64,000 nucleotides of DNA from NCBI GenBank assembly GCA_963798375.1, contig CAWCTG010000007.1, forward strand, positions 77,586 through 141,585, written 5' to 3'. Below, piece after piece: positions 37,481 through 51,078 of this stretch. Both the position numbers and the translations under genes were made by a program. The notes below the pieces were generated by a model. It did no database searches and was not told where the DNA came from. It was given only the letters and a program-made list of their open reading frames with translations. The stretch comes from Candidatus Binataceae bacterium. GTDB taxonomy: Bacteria; Desulfobacterota; Binatia; Binatales; Binataceae. Positions within the stretch are counted from its first letter, which is position 1. Each line of letters starts with the position of its first letter.

Positions 37481-37819
37481 ATGAAGCGCACCCTTTCAGT
37501 TCTTTCCGCAGCTTTCTTTGCCGCCGCGTTGGCGATGCCGGCTTTCGCCCAGGATGCCCCGCCTGCAGCTCCGGGCGCGACGGGCGCGACTGGCGCGACT
37601 GGCGCAACGGGAGCCACCGGGGAGACCGGCGCGACCGGAGCCACTGGAGCACCTGGCGCGGCAGCATCGCCGGCAGCGATGAAGCATAAACATCACCATC
37701 ACAAAAAGGCAGCGACTGGAGCCACCGGGGAGACCGGCGCGACCGGTGCCACTGGAGCCACTGGCGCGACTGGCGCAACCGGCGCAACTGGAGCACCGGG
37801 AGCTCCTGCGAACCCGTAA
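37481..37819 (+). CDS. small secreted collagen-like (Gly-Ala-Thr)n repeat protein with a central His-rich segment
   Basis: Signal peptide [25 protein letters not shown]. Then [39 protein letters not shown], and a second [28 protein letters not shown] block. RBS AAGGAGA. Confidence 0.6.
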   Translation: MKRTLSVLSAAFFAAALAMPAFAQDAPPAAPGATGATGATGATGATGETGATGATGAPGAAASPAAMKHKHHHHKKAATGATGETGATGATGATGATGATGATGAPGAPANP

Positions 37820-37954
37820 TAGCTTGACGGATATTTCGATGGGGCGGCCGCGCGAAGCGGCCGCCCTGGTTCGAATCGCTTAAGGTACTTCGATCCACTC
37901 AGGATCGGGGGGCGGAGACGGCTTTGCCTCCGGCGTCCGGCCGGCCGCGCGAAC

Positions 37955-38040
37955 GCGGATTTATGCGGTCCGCGGCCGGCACGACGCCTTTTTTTTCGGC
38001 TCGCGGCGTCGAAAACACGCTGCGCGTTTTTTTTAGTCGA
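37955..38040. terminator. GC-rich hairpins with two T8 runs (bidirectional terminator region)
   Basis: CGACGCC-TTTTTTTT ... GCTGCGCG-TTTTTTTT between convergent or adjacent transcription units. Confidence 0.45.
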
Positions 38041-38092
38041 AAATTCCTGCTAGCATCAGATTTCTTCCTGCGGGGACGCGGGAGATAATAAG

Positions 38093-38803
38093 TTGCTGAG
38101 CTGTCGCCGTTCGAGCATTTGTCTTTTGGTCCTGATCGCGCTGGTACTCCAGTCGCCGATCAGCGCGCGGGCGAGCGCCAAAAGCAGTTCCTACGACGAG
38201 CAAGTTTGCGATCCGCTGGCGGACTACTTCCTGGGAATGGAAGATTACCCTGAGGCAATCCGCCGTCATCGCATCGTCATCAACGATAATCCCACCAACG
38301 CGCTCGCCCATTACCATCTGGGGTTCGCTTACGGCGTCGTCGGACAGCATCGCGAGGAACTCGCCGAGTATCAGAAGGCGATCGGTCTTGGCCTCGATGA
38401 CTGGCAGTTGTTCCTGAATCTCGGCCTGCTCTACCTCGACAGCGGGCAGACGCGTGACGCGACTGAAGTGCTGCGGCTGGCGGCGCTGCTCGGACCGGAA
38501 CGGCCCGAGACGCATTTCAACCTCGCACTCGCATATGAGCGGCGCGGAGCGCTCGCACAAGCCGAGCAGGAAGCGCTACTGTCGCTGCGAATAGATCCGA
38601 GTCAACCGGACGCGCGCAACACGCTCGGCGCAATCTACGCCGAGGAAGGCAACTACGTCAGAGCGAGCCAGGAATGGAACGAACTGGTTGGTGAGATTCC
38701 CGATTACGCGCCGGCGCGGACCAACCTCGCGATTCTGCAACACGTCGAAAGCAACGGCTCGAAGGGTGCGCCCGACTCAAGCGGTTTCATACGCATTCCT
38801 TGA
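38093..38803 (+). CDS. secreted tetratricopeptide-repeat protein
   Basis: Signal peptide plus TPR-like ALAHYHLGFAYGVVGQHREELAEYQKAI repeats. Confidence 0.7.
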   Translation: MLSCRRSSICLLVLIALVLQSPISARASAKSSSYDEQVCDPLADYFLGMEDYPEAIRRHRIVINDNPTNALAHYHLGFAYGVVGQHREELAEYQKAIGLGLDDWQLFLNLGLLYLDSGQTRDATEVLRLAALLGPERPETHFNLALAYERRGALAQAEQEALLSLRIDPSQPDARNTLGAIYAEEGNYVRASQEWNELVGEIPDYAPARTNLAILQHVESNGSKGAPDSSGFIRIP

Positions 38804-40101
38804 GCGTGGCGAATCGGATTACGGCAGAGGACAAACCGGTGGCGGAATTGGGCAGGCGGAGGTGGGCAATCGTTAATCTAAAATCTGCAGTCTTGTTTGG
38901 CTCGGCGGTGATGCTGAGCGCGGCCGTCGTGTTCGCGGCGTCTCCGGCGGGCGCGACCGCGCAATCGCGCCGGCATAAGGCGATCCGCTCGAAGCGGACC
39001 GCCAGCGCGACGGGAGCCCCACTCTACAAGGGTGCGTTGCTCGAGGATGCCGACAGCGGCCGCGTGCTGATGGCGTACAACGCCGACATGGAGTGGCCGC
39101 CGGCCTCGATGGCCAAGATGATGCTCCTGCTGGTCGCGCAGGAGCAGATCAACGCGGGCCGTTTCAAGTCCGACGAATTGGTCAGAATTTCCGAACGCTC
39201 CGCGCATACCGGCGGCTCGCGCGTCGGGCTCAAGGAGGGCGACGTTTATCCGCTGCGCGAGTTGATGAAAGCGGCGCTGGTCAAATCGGCCAATGACGCC
39301 GCGGTCGCAGTCGCCGAAAAGATCGGCGGATCGGTCGAGGCGATGGTCCGCATGATGAACGAGCGGGCGCAGGAACTCGGGATGACGCATACGGAATATC
39401 AGACCGTCGATGGACTGCCGCCGCGTCCGACCCATGACGCCGATCGCACCGACGCCTACGACCTTGCGATGGTGGGTCGCGCGATCATCCGCGAGACCAA
39501 CCTGCTGATGTGGTCGAGCCAGGAGAAGATGGATTTCGACAACGGCGTCTGCGTGCTGAACAATACCAATCATCTGATCGGGCATTTCGAAGGATGCGAC
39601 GGGCTCAAGACCGGATTCACGTTTCAGGCAGGGTTCAACGTCACCGCCACGGCCAGGCGCGGCGACATGCGGCTGATCGCGGTGATTCTCGGCGCTCCGT
39701 CGAATGCGCAGCGCTTTGCGCAGGCGGCGAAAGTGCTGGGTTGGGGCTTCGACCAATTCACCGCGGTGTCGCTGCTGAGGTCGAACCAGCCGCTTCCGGT
39801 GCAGGTGCAGGTCAGTTCGGGTCCGCTGATTCAACCGGTCGCGGCGAGCGATCTCAAAGTCGTGGTGCCGAGGGCCGATGCCTCGGCGGTCAAGCTGGTG
39901 TACGATGTGCCGCCGGTAATCGACGGGCCGGTCGCGACCGGAGAACCGCTCGGACGAGTGATCGTGCAGAACCAGGGGCAGGTGATGACGGAAGTGATGG
40001 CGATAAGTCCGATCACGTTTGCCGCGCCACAGACAGGACCGGGCGAGGCGTACAACGCATCTGCGCCGCCGCCGTATAATCCGAACCAGGAGAACCAATG
40101 A
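38800..40101 (+). CDS. dacC: D-alanyl-D-alanine carboxypeptidase (peptidase S11, PBP5/6-like)
   Basis: SMAKMM is the SxxK motif, with SAND- and KTG-type motifs and a C-terminal beta-sandwich domain. Confidence 0.8.
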   Translation: MSVANRITAEDKPVAELGRRRWAIVNLKSAVLFGSAVMLSAAVVFAASPAGATAQSRRHKAIRSKRTASATGAPLYKGALLEDADSGRVLMAYNADMEWPPASMAKMMLLLVAQEQINAGRFKSDELVRISERSAHTGGSRVGLKEGDVYPLRELMKAALVKSANDAAVAVAEKIGGSVEAMVRMMNERAQELGMTHTEYQTVDGLPPRPTHDADRTDAYDLAMVGRAIIRETNLLMWSSQEKMDFDNGVCVLNNTNHLIGHFEGCDGLKTGFTFQAGFNVTATARRGDMRLIAVILGAPSNAQRFAQAAKVLGWGFDQFTAVSLLRSNQPLPVQVQVSSGPLIQPVAASDLKVVVPRADASAVKLVYDVPPVIDGPVATGEPLGRVIVQNQGQVMTEVMAISPITFAAPQTGPGEAYNASAPPPYNPNQENQ

Positions 40102-40517
40102 AGGTAGCCTCGAAGCAGCGAAATCGGCGCAATCGCAAACTTGCGCGAAAGAAGAAGAGCGATCCGCATCAGGCGAAGTCACGGTTGCGCAAGATGCGGC
40201 GGACGCGTATTCGCGGCAAGTAGTTCGCGCGCGAGTCGCGATGTCTTTTCGATGGGCGGTCCCAATCCGGGGCCGCCCGTTCATTTGTGACGCGGAAGTG
40301 ACGTCGGAAAGTTACCGGCCGCAGGCTGCACCCTCACCTGCCGGCCGCAAGGCGGCCGGCCTCCTCTCCCGTGAAAATAACGGGCGAGGCAAGAAGCCGA
40401 AATGTGGGCAATCGGCGCGCGCGAAATTGACAAAGGCCGCGGCGGTCAGTTACCAATGTACGTGCCCCTCGGATCGACAACCTCGAACAGCGGAGAAAGT
40501 TTCTGGCCGACGTCTCA

Positions 40518-43751
<3,234 letters not shown>

Positions 43752-43894
43752 TTTGCGCTAGCCGGGTTTGTATGAGGTTACGCGCGGAAATTGCAAAGTA
43801 GTGAGCGCAAGTTCGCGGCGTTTTGCAAGTATGGTGCCGAAGCGCCGCTCGGTTTACTTGGAAAAAAGCACTTGATACCTTGCAAGATTGGAGA

Positions 43895-44500
43895 TTGAAG
43901 TTGAGTCCCAAGCAAATCGCCAAGGCGCTGGCCGGTTTCGGCGCGGTCGCGCTCATTATCCTGCTGATTGCGACCGTTTGGGTCGTGCGCCATCGCTCAG
44001 CCGCTCAAGTGTTGGAGACAGCGGCCGGCATGGTCCCCGGAACTCTCCTTCGTGCGCATAATTTTCACTGGACGCAGATGAAAGCCGGCGAGCGGCAGTG
44101 GGTGCTGACCGCGCGCGAGGCAAACTACCTGGCTGACAAAACTACGCTGAAGCTGACCGACGCTGTCGTCACGATGGCCTCGTCGGACGGCAAGCCGGTG
44201 GTCGTCAACGCACCCCATGCGGATTTGACCTTGAACGGGAATCATGTGACGCGCGCGTATTTGACCGGAGGCACGGTCATCCACTTCGGCGATTACGTTC
44301 TCACCACCGATTCCGCGACCTTCATGCCTGATGATGACAAGGTCGAAGCGCCTGGTCTCGTGACGCTCGTGGGCGACGGATTGAAAGTGACCGGGGTGGG
44401 CCTGAGCGGTCATCCCAAAACGCGCGTCTTCCAGCTTAATACGCAGGTGGAGACCGTAGTCACGCCGAAGAAAGATAGTGAAAAATCCAAGCAAAGTTAG
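43895..44500 (+). CDS. lptC: LPS export system protein LptC
   Basis: N-terminal TM anchor followed by an LptC/OstA-like beta-jellyroll. Located between kdsA and lptA, as in the conserved cluster. Confidence 0.55.
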   Translation: MKLSPKQIAKALAGFGAVALIILLIATVWVVRHRSAAQVLETAAGMVPGTLLRAHNFHWTQMKAGERQWVLTAREANYLADKTTLKLTDAVVTMASSDGKPVVVNAPHADLTLNGNHVTRAYLTGGTVIHFGDYVLTTDSATFMPDDDKVEAPGLVTLVGDGLKVTGVGLSGHPKTRVFQLNTQVETVVTPKKDSEKSKQS

Positions 44501-45922
44501 TCGAGCGTCGCGGATCGTCGCGACTGCGATAGTCGCCATCGCGCTCGCATCACCGGCATGGGCTCAGGATGGCGTCAACGCGCCGATGTCGTCGCCGGAT
44601 TCGGCGCCCGCGGTTGGTTCGGGGACGGTCGGTGATTCGATCCGCAACGAACCTGCGAATTCGGCGCCGCCAGCCGCGTCCGCTCCGCAACCCGCCAACA
44701 GCGATGATTTAAGCGGCGATTCGATCAGCGTGACCGGCGGAGTGCCGGGCGCGCCGCCATCTGCGCCTGCATCGGACACCAGCGGCAGCGGCTCGCAGGC
44801 TCAACCCGCCGTCGCGACGGCTCCGGCAGAAGCGCCGCCTTCGGCACCGGCCGTTGCGATCGCGCCTGCTCCGGCGCCGGCCTCGGCTCCCGACGTGCCG
44901 GTCACCGCAGCAGACGTTGCACCTGCCGCGGCACCGTCAATTGCTCCGGCGCCGCCTTCGGCACCGTCGTGGCGATAGCACCTGCTCTGGCGCCGCCTTC
45001 GGCACCTTACGTACCGGTCACCGCAGCAGACGTTGCACCTGCCGCGGCACCGTCAATTGCTCCGGCGCCGCCTTCGGCACCCGTCGTGGCGATAGCACCT
45101 GCTCCGGCGCCGCCTTCGGCACCTTACGTACCGGTCACCGCAGCAGACGTTGCACCTGCCGCGGCACCGTCAATTGCTACGACCACGACCGCTCCGGCAG
45201 CGGTTGCCCCGGAATCAACGCCAGTGACGACCGCCGCGACAGCTCCACCGGCTGGCGCGATCGCGCCGCCGATGACGCTCGCGCCCGTGCCGGCTGATGT
45301 GCCCGCACTCGAACCGCCGGCTTCTGCGGCGAGCGCTCCCGCATCCGCGACTCCCCCAGCGAGCGCCACCGCGCCGGCAGAAGCTGTCGCGCCGCCGCAC
45401 AAGGCGCCCAAGGCGGCGGCCGGCGGCGAGACCAAGCTCGCGTCAAATCCTCCCGAACCAGGCGGTGCGTTTGGGGGGATGCAATTCGGCAACAACAAGG
45501 CCCCGATCGATATAAAGTCCGAGTCGATGTCGCTCGATTACCAGAATCATTCGGTGCTGTGGGTCGGAAATGTGCACGCTACCCAGGCGGACGCGCAACT
45601 TACCAGCGACCAGCTGCGCGTAAACTATTTCGACAAAGACTTCAAACAGATGAAGGACATGGTCGCGGACGGGAACGTTCGGCTCAGTCAGGGCACGCGA
45701 TGGGCCACCGGCAAGCACGGCGTCATGGACCAGACCAAGCGCACCGTAGTCTTGACCGGCAGTCCGGTCGCGCATGACGGCAACGATCAGATTACCGGCT
45801 GTAAGATCACGGTTTTTCTCAATACCAGCGAGAGCGTGGTCGATTGCGCTCATGCGGTACTGTTCCCGCATTCGGACGCCTCCCCGGGTGCGGGCGCGAC
45901 GCCGGCGGCTGCGACGGATTAG
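44478..45922 (+). CDS. lptA: LptA/OstA-domain periplasmic LPS transport protein with a long Ala/Pro-rich N-terminal repeat region; interrupted by a 1-nt deletion / TAG at 44976
   Basis: Signal peptide IVATAIVAIALASPAWAQD. Three 117-bp (39-aa) tandem repeats at about 44868-45180. C-terminal OstA-like domain (DIKSESMSLDYQNHSVLWVGNVHATQADAQLTSDQLRV...). Confidence 0.6.
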
Positions 45923-45936
45923 CGAACAATTCTTCG

Positions 45937-47502
45937 ATGGCGCTGGAAGTAAAACTCGGACAGGATCTGCGGCTTCGCCAGCAACTGGTGATGACGCCGC
46001 AGCTCCAGCAGGCGATCAAAATTCTGCAGCTTTCGCTCCCTGAACTCGAAGCGATCGTGCAGTCGGAACTCGAACAGAATCCGATGCTCGAGCCGCTCGA
46101 TCAGAGTCCCGCCGAAGCCGCTTCCGAATCCGAGGTGTCCGATCCCGAAGCCGCCGCCCAGGCCGACGGTGAACCGCTGCCGCCCGAGGCCGACGGCGCC
46201 GCCGGCGCGAATTCCGATGACGACTGGGAAACCGGTTCGCGCGAGGAAAAACCCGCGCCCAGCGTCGAGACCGAAGCGCGTGACGCCGCGCTCGAACTCA
46301 AGGAACTGAACAATCTCGAAAAGCTCGACTGGCGCGAATATCTCGAGACCTATTCGAACAACTGGCAGGAAAGCACGCCCCCTGATTCCGACGACGACCA
46401 TCGAAGCGCGCTCGAAAACACGCCCCTGCGCCGAAGCTCGCTCGAAGACCACATGATGTGGCAGCTGAGGCTTTCGAACCTGACCGAATCCGACCAGCAG
46501 ATCGGCGCGACCATCATCTACAATCTCAACGAAGACGGATATCTGGAAACTCCCCTCGACGAGCTGGCGGCGCAGCTCGAAGTTGCGCCCGCCGAAGTCG
46601 AGCGCGTGCTCGCGCGCGTGCAGCGTTTCGATCCGCCCGGTGTCGCCGCGCGCGATCTTCGTGAATGTCTGCTCGCGCAGCTGCAGAACCTGGGGATGGA
46701 AGAATCGCTGGCGGCGCGAATCGCCAGCAATCACCTGGATTTGCTCGAAAAGCATCGCTACGCCGAAATCGCCAAGGTTCTCGGCGTACCGGTCGAAACA
46801 GTCGGGCAGTCGGCCAAAATAATCTCGCTGCTCGAGCCCAAACCGGGACGCGACTACGGCGGCGACGAGCCGACTTACGTGGTGCCCGACGTTTACATCC
46901 AGAAGGTTGGCGAGGATTACGTCGTCACGCTGAATCGCGACGCGGTGCCGCGCCTGCGCCTGGCGGGTTACTACCAGCGCGTGCTCAATGACGTGGACGT
47001 TGCGCCCGAGACGCGGGAGTATCTGCAGGAACGGCTGCGCTCGGCCCGCTGGCTGGTCAAATCGATCTACCAGCGCCAGCAGACGATCTTCAAGGTCGCA
47101 ACCTCGATCGTGAAATTCCAGCGTGCGTTCTTCGATCACGGCATCAGCCTGCTCAGACCGCTGGTGCTCAAGGATGTCGCCGAAGATATCGGGATGCACG
47201 AATCCACGATCAGCCGCGCGACCGCCAACAAGTACGCGCATACTCCGCAGGGAATCTACGAGTTGAAATTTTTCTTCACCTCCGGGGTGAAGGGCGCCAG
47301 CGGCGAAGACGTGAGCGCCGAGACCGTCAAGGAACAGATCCGCGGGATGGTGACGGCGGAGACCCCGCAAAATCCGCTGTCGGATCAGGCGATCTCGGAA
47401 ATACTGCGGGGCCGGCAGATCAATATCGCGCGCCGCACGGTGGCCAAGTATCGACAGGCGATGGGAATCCCTCCGTCGGCAAATCGCAAACAGATCGGAT
47501 GA
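45937..47502 (+). CDS. rpoN: RNA polymerase sigma-54 factor
   Basis: MALEVKLGQDLRLRQQLVMTPQLQQAIKILQLS... and a C-terminal RpoN box ARRTVAKYRQAMGIP. Confidence 0.9.
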   Translation: MALEVKLGQDLRLRQQLVMTPQLQQAIKILQLSLPELEAIVQSELEQNPMLEPLDQSPAEAASESEVSDPEAAAQADGEPLPPEADGAAGANSDDDWETGSREEKPAPSVETEARDAALELKELNNLEKLDWREYLETYSNNWQESTPPDSDDDHRSALENTPLRRSSLEDHMMWQLRLSNLTESDQQIGATIIYNLNEDGYLETPLDELAAQLEVAPAEVERVLARVQRFDPPGVAARDLRECLLAQLQNLGMEESLAARIASNHLDLLEKHRYAEIAKVLGVPVETVGQSAKIISLLEPKPGRDYGGDEPTYVVPDVYIQKVGEDYVVTLNRDAVPRLRLAGYYQRVLNDVDVAPETREYLQERLRSARWLVKSIYQRQQTIFKVATSIVKFQRAFFDHGISLLRPLVLKDVAEDIGMHESTISRATANKYAHTPQGIYELKFFFTSGVKGASGEDVSAETVKEQIRGMVTAETPQNPLSDQAISEILRGRQINIARRTVAKYRQAMGIPPSANRKQIG

Positions 47503-47534
47503 CGGCTTGGGGCGCGGGCAACGAAAAAACCAAG

Positions 47535-47960
47535 ATGAGCAAAATCGACAGACAGGGAAAACGCGGCCGGGCGGCAAACCGAAAGGTGCGGCGCGCGGCG
47601 CGGATCGCGGACGCTCCGGCGATTCAAGTGACGGTGACGTTTCGTCACGTCGAGCCAACCGATGCGATCCGGCTGTACGCGGAACGAAAATTCGCGCACG
47701 TCGGCAAGCTGATCAAACGGCCCTGTCAGGCTCACCTGATTCTCACGGTTGACAAATACCGGCAGCACGGCGAAGTTACTGTCAAATCAGGGCGCCTGTC
47801 GGTGAGCGCGCAGGAAGAAACCAAGGATCTTTACTCGGTGATCGATCTGCTCGCGGACAAGGTCGGTCGCCAACTGAAGAAGCATCTGGAAAAATTCAAG
47901 GCGAAGAAAGTCAGGTCGCCCTCGACCGGCGAGGTCCTTAGCGCCAGCGAGGAAACTTGA
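47535..47960 (+). CDS. hpf: ribosome hibernation promoting factor (sigma-54 modulation protein family)
   Basis: IQVTVTFRHVEPTDAIRLYAERKFAHVGKL resembles the HPF/RaiA N-terminus; directly downstream of rpoN. Start uncertain. Confidence 0.7.
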   Translation: MSKIDRQGKRGRAANRKVRRAARIADAPAIQVTVTFRHVEPTDAIRLYAERKFAHVGKLIKRPCQAHLILTVDKYRQHGEVTVKSGRLSVSAQEETKDLYSVIDLLADKVGRQLKKHLEKFKAKKVRSPSTGEVLSASEET

Positions 47961-48044
47961 TTCGCGCCGGTTCTCGGGCTGCGAGTCCGCCAATCCGCAT
48001 CCGCATATTTCAATTTTGATTTTTCACTGGACCCGGACGACTAG

Positions 48045-48506
48045 ATGAAAATTACCGATATCCTCAGCCCTGACATGGTGGTTGCCGACTTGAAGGGCGC
48101 CACCAAGCCCGACGTCTTGAATGAACTGGCGAAAGCGCTGGCCGCCAAGTACAAGGAGATCAAGCTCGCTGACCTGACCGCGGTGCTCGCGGAGCGCGAG
48201 CGACTGGGCTCGACGGCGATCGGCGACGGGATCGCAATCCCGCACGGCAAGTTGCGCGGCGTGACGAAGATAATCGGAGTGTTCGGCCGCCATGCCCAGG
48301 GAGTCGATTTCGATTCGCTTGACGGCGGCCCGTCGCACCTGTTCTTCGTGCTGGTCGCGCCGGAGGATTCCGCCAGCCTGCATCTGAAAGCCCTCGCGCG
48401 CGTGTCGCGATTGCTTAAGGACGGGTCTTTTCGAAGCCGCCTGCTCGCGGCCAGGGACAGCGCCGAGCTGTATTCCCTGATCAAGGAAGAAGACAACAGG
48501 TACTGA
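48045..48506 (+). CDS. ptsN: PTS IIA-like nitrogen regulatory protein
   Basis: Active-site region GDGIAIPHGK is a PTS EIIA type-2 signature. Confidence 0.85.
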   Translation: MKITDILSPDMVVADLKGATKPDVLNELAKALAAKYKEIKLADLTAVLAERERLGSTAIGDGIAIPHGKLRGVTKIIGVFGRHAQGVDFDSLDGGPSHLFFVLVAPEDSASLHLKALARVSRLLKDGSFRSRLLAARDSAELYSLIKEEDNRY

Positions 48507-48554
48507 GACGACGAACCGCGTCCGCCTCATACCGCGGCGCAAACCCGGAGCCCG

Positions 48555-49430
48555 ATGAGCTCGCCTCAGCCACCCCGCCTGATAATAGTTACCGGTGTCT
48601 CAGGATCGGGACGCGCGTCTGCGATGCGCGTGCTCGAGGACCTCGGCTTCTACTGCGTCGATAATCTCCCGGTCGCGCTGGCGCCCAGTGTCGCGATGCT
48701 CGCGGCGGGACGCGATCCCGCTCTACAGGGCGTCGCGCTCGGGGTGGACTCGCGCGAGCGGCTGTTCTTCCCGCAATGGCCGCGGGTATTCACGGAACTC
48801 GATGCGGCCGGAATCCATCCCGAAGTGATTTTTCTTGACGCGTCCGACGACGTGCTCGCGCGCCGCTACTCTGAGAGCCGCCGGCCGCATCCGATGGCTG
48901 CGAGCGGAGCGACTGTCGCCGAGAGCATTCGCCGCGAACGCCTCGCGCTGGCCGAGATGCGCGAGCGGGCCAATCGGGTGATCGACACCACTACGCTCAC
49001 GGTCCACGAACTGCGCGAGGTGGTCACGGCGGCCGTGCTGGGCGCGGGCGCGGGATCGCGGATGTCGGTATCGATAGTTTCTTTCGGCTACAAGCACGGA
49101 TTGCCGGTCGGGATGGACGTCGTGCTCGACGTGCGGTTCATTCCGAATCCGTTTTTTGTCCCCGAGCTGCGGCCGCTCACCGGGTTGGACCCGCGCGTGC
49201 GCGAGTACGTGATGGCGCAGCCGGAGTCGCAGCGCTTTATCGACGAGATCGGCCGTCTTTTTGATTTTTTGATTCCGCTGTATCAGCGCGAAGGGAAAAG
49301 TTACCTGACGGTCGGTCTCGGATGCACCGGCGGACGGCATCGCTCTCCCGTGCTTGCGCGCGAGCTGATGAAGCGGATCGAGAGCGCCGGCTTCGAGAGC
49401 AGCGTGCGCGACAATGACATCGCGCGTTAG
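48555..49430 (+). CDS. rapZ: RNase adapter protein RapZ (YhbJ)
   Basis: P-loop GVSGSGRASA plus conserved C-terminal RapZ domain. The rpoN-hpf-ptsN-rapZ order is canonical. Confidence 0.85.
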   Translation: MSSPQPPRLIIVTGVSGSGRASAMRVLEDLGFYCVDNLPVALAPSVAMLAAGRDPALQGVALGVDSRERLFFPQWPRVFTELDAAGIHPEVIFLDASDDVLARRYSESRRPHPMAASGATVAESIRRERLALAEMRERANRVIDTTTLTVHELREVVTAAVLGAGAGSRMSVSIVSFGYKHGLPVGMDVVLDVRFIPNPFFVPELRPLTGLDPRVREYVMAQPESQRFIDEIGRLFDFLIPLYQREGKSYLTVGLGCTGGRHRSPVLARELMKRIESAGFESSVRDNDIAR

Positions 49431-49445
49431 CTGCCGGCGGCGCGC

Positions 49446-50228
49446 TTAGTTCATGATGCTGCCGCAGTCAACGTTCATCGTCTGGCCGGTGACTCCCGCC
49501 GACAAATCGAGCGCGAGGAATAGCGCGACGCGCGCGACTTCCTCCTCGGTCGCCATTCTGTTCATCGCGGCCTGCGCCACGAACTGACCGCGAATTTGCT
49601 GGTACGGCTGCTTGAGGGCCTCGGCCCGCGCGCGCATCACGCGTTCGATTCGTTCGCCCTCGATTGCGCCGGGGCAAATGCAGTTGCATCGGATTCCACG
49701 CTGACCCCATTCGCCGGCCACCGTTTGCGTCAGTCCGATCATTGCCCACTTCGCCGCCGCGTACGGCGAGCGCATCGGAAAACCGCGCCGTCCCGCGCCG
49801 GACGAGATGTTGATGATGTTGCCGGAGCGCTGCTGGTCCATGACCGGCAGCACGGCGCGAGTTGCGAGCCACGTTCCGGTCAAGTCGATATCGAGCGTCT
49901 CCTGCCATTCGGCGAGCGACATATCGGTGATCCGCTTGGTCGGTCCCGAGATACCGGCGTTGTTGACGAGAATGTCGATGCGGCCGAATGCTTTCACCGT
50001 CTCGCCGGCCATCTTTGTGCAGTCGGCTTCTTTGGAGACGTCGGTGCTTACGTGAATCGCGCGGGCGCCGATGCGCTCGAGTTCGGCGCAGGTCTGCTTC
50101 ATCGGTTCGATCGAACGCGCCGCGATTACAATTTTCGCGCCGGCTGCTCCGTACTTAAGCGCGATCTGTTTGCCGATTCCGTAGCCGCCGCCGGTGATGA
50201 TTGCGACTTTATCCGAGAGTTCGTTCAT
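49446..50228 (-). CDS. SDR-family oxidoreductase
   Basis: TGGGYGIG NAD(P)-binding motif and YAAAK catalytic motif. Confidence 0.8.
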   Translation of the reverse strand: MNELSDKVAIITGGGYGIGKQIALKYGAAGAKIVIAARSIEPMKQTCAELERIGARAIHVSTDVSKEADCTKMAGETVKAFGRIDILVNNAGISGPTKRITDMSLAEWQETLDIDLTGTWLATRAVLPVMDQQRSGNIINISSGAGRRGFPMRSPYAAAKWAMIGLTQTVAGEWGQRGIRCNCICPGAIEGERIERVMRARAEALKQPYQQIRGQFVAQAAMNRMATEEEVARVALFLALDLSAGVTGQTMNVDCGSIMN

Positions 50229-50358
50229 AGAAGTGGTTTTTCCCCTGGCGATTTCGGGAGTCGATCGCTGCGCCGACTTTAGTAGCATCGTGACGCGCCT
50301 ACAACGCGCGCGCGAAACCTTGTCTCAATCCGTTGCCGCCCAATATCATTAAAGGCTC

Positions 50359-51063
50359 ATGGCCGCCGTCAATCCGATCGGGACTCAAGCAGACAAGTCG
50401 AGCACCAACGGCTCGCGGCTGATGAACGTCGTGAAGATCGCGGTAATCGCGATCCTGCTTGGCGGCTCAATCTGGCTTCTGATTGCGCACTCCGAATGGT
50501 TCACCCAACCCGCATTGGTCAAAGCCCAGGTGATCCAGTGGGGCGCGTGGGGACCGCTCGTTTATATGCTGCTGTACGCGGTGGGGCCGTCGTTCCTGGT
50601 GCCCGGCGCGGTGATGACTATCGCGGGTGGACTGGCGTTTGGCACCAAATGGGGATCGGTGTACTCGCTCATCGGCGGAGATGTAGGCGCGCTGGTTGCG
50701 TTTGCGGCGGGAAGGTTTCTCGGCAGGTCGTTCGTCGAGCGGATCGTCGGCGAGCGATTCGAGTCGATGCTGCGCAGAATCGCCAAGCACGGATTCCAGA
50801 TAATCCTTTACCTGCGGATGGTCCCGGTGATTCCGTACAACGCGCTGAACCTGCTGGCGGGCGCGTCTCCGATCACGTTTCACGATTACTTCTGGGCGAC
50901 GATGATCGGCATGGTTCCGGGCACGATCCTGTTCGCTTTTTTGGGCGACGCGCTATGGCATCCGCTCTCGCTGAGGTTCTTCCTTGCGCTGATGCTGATC
51001 GGCGCGTCGATCGGATGCGGCGAGATCTACCGGCGATGGTCGCGCGTCAAAATCGACGAGTAG
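50359..51063 (+). CDS. DedA/TVP38/TMEM64-family membrane protein
   Basis: Characteristic re-entrant loop motifs (GPSFLVPGAVMTIAGG...YLRMVPVIP). Confidence 0.65.
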   Translation: MAAVNPIGTQADKSSTNGSRLMNVVKIAVIAILLGGSIWLLIAHSEWFTQPALVKAQVIQWGAWGPLVYMLLYAVGPSFLVPGAVMTIAGGLAFGTKWGSVYSLIGGDVGALVAFAAGRFLGRSFVERIVGERFESMLRRIAKHGFQIILYLRMVPVIPYNALNLLAGASPITFHDYFWATMIGMVPGTILFAFLGDALWHPLSLRFFLALMLIGASIGCGEIYRRWSRVKIDE

Positions 51064-51078
51064 GATCAAGCGGCGCCG

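Noticed and set aside
37481-37819. Short tandem DNA repeats considered as a CRISPR array (also the 44868-45180 and 10036-10179 repeats)
   Set aside because: The repeats are 9 bp, 117 bp or 72 bp, contiguous with no unique spacers, and in frame within coding sequence. No cas genes are present, so this is not CRISPR.
43752-43895. Sigma-54 promoter upstream of lptC (TTGCA motifs present)
   Set aside because: No properly spaced GG-N10-GC (-24/-12) element could be aligned, so the TTGCAAG repeats are left uninterpreted.
45124-45498. Minus-strand ORFs (124, 89 and 61 aa) inside the lptA repeat region
   Set aside because: They are antisense to the Ala/Pro-rich repeat and are composition-driven open frames.
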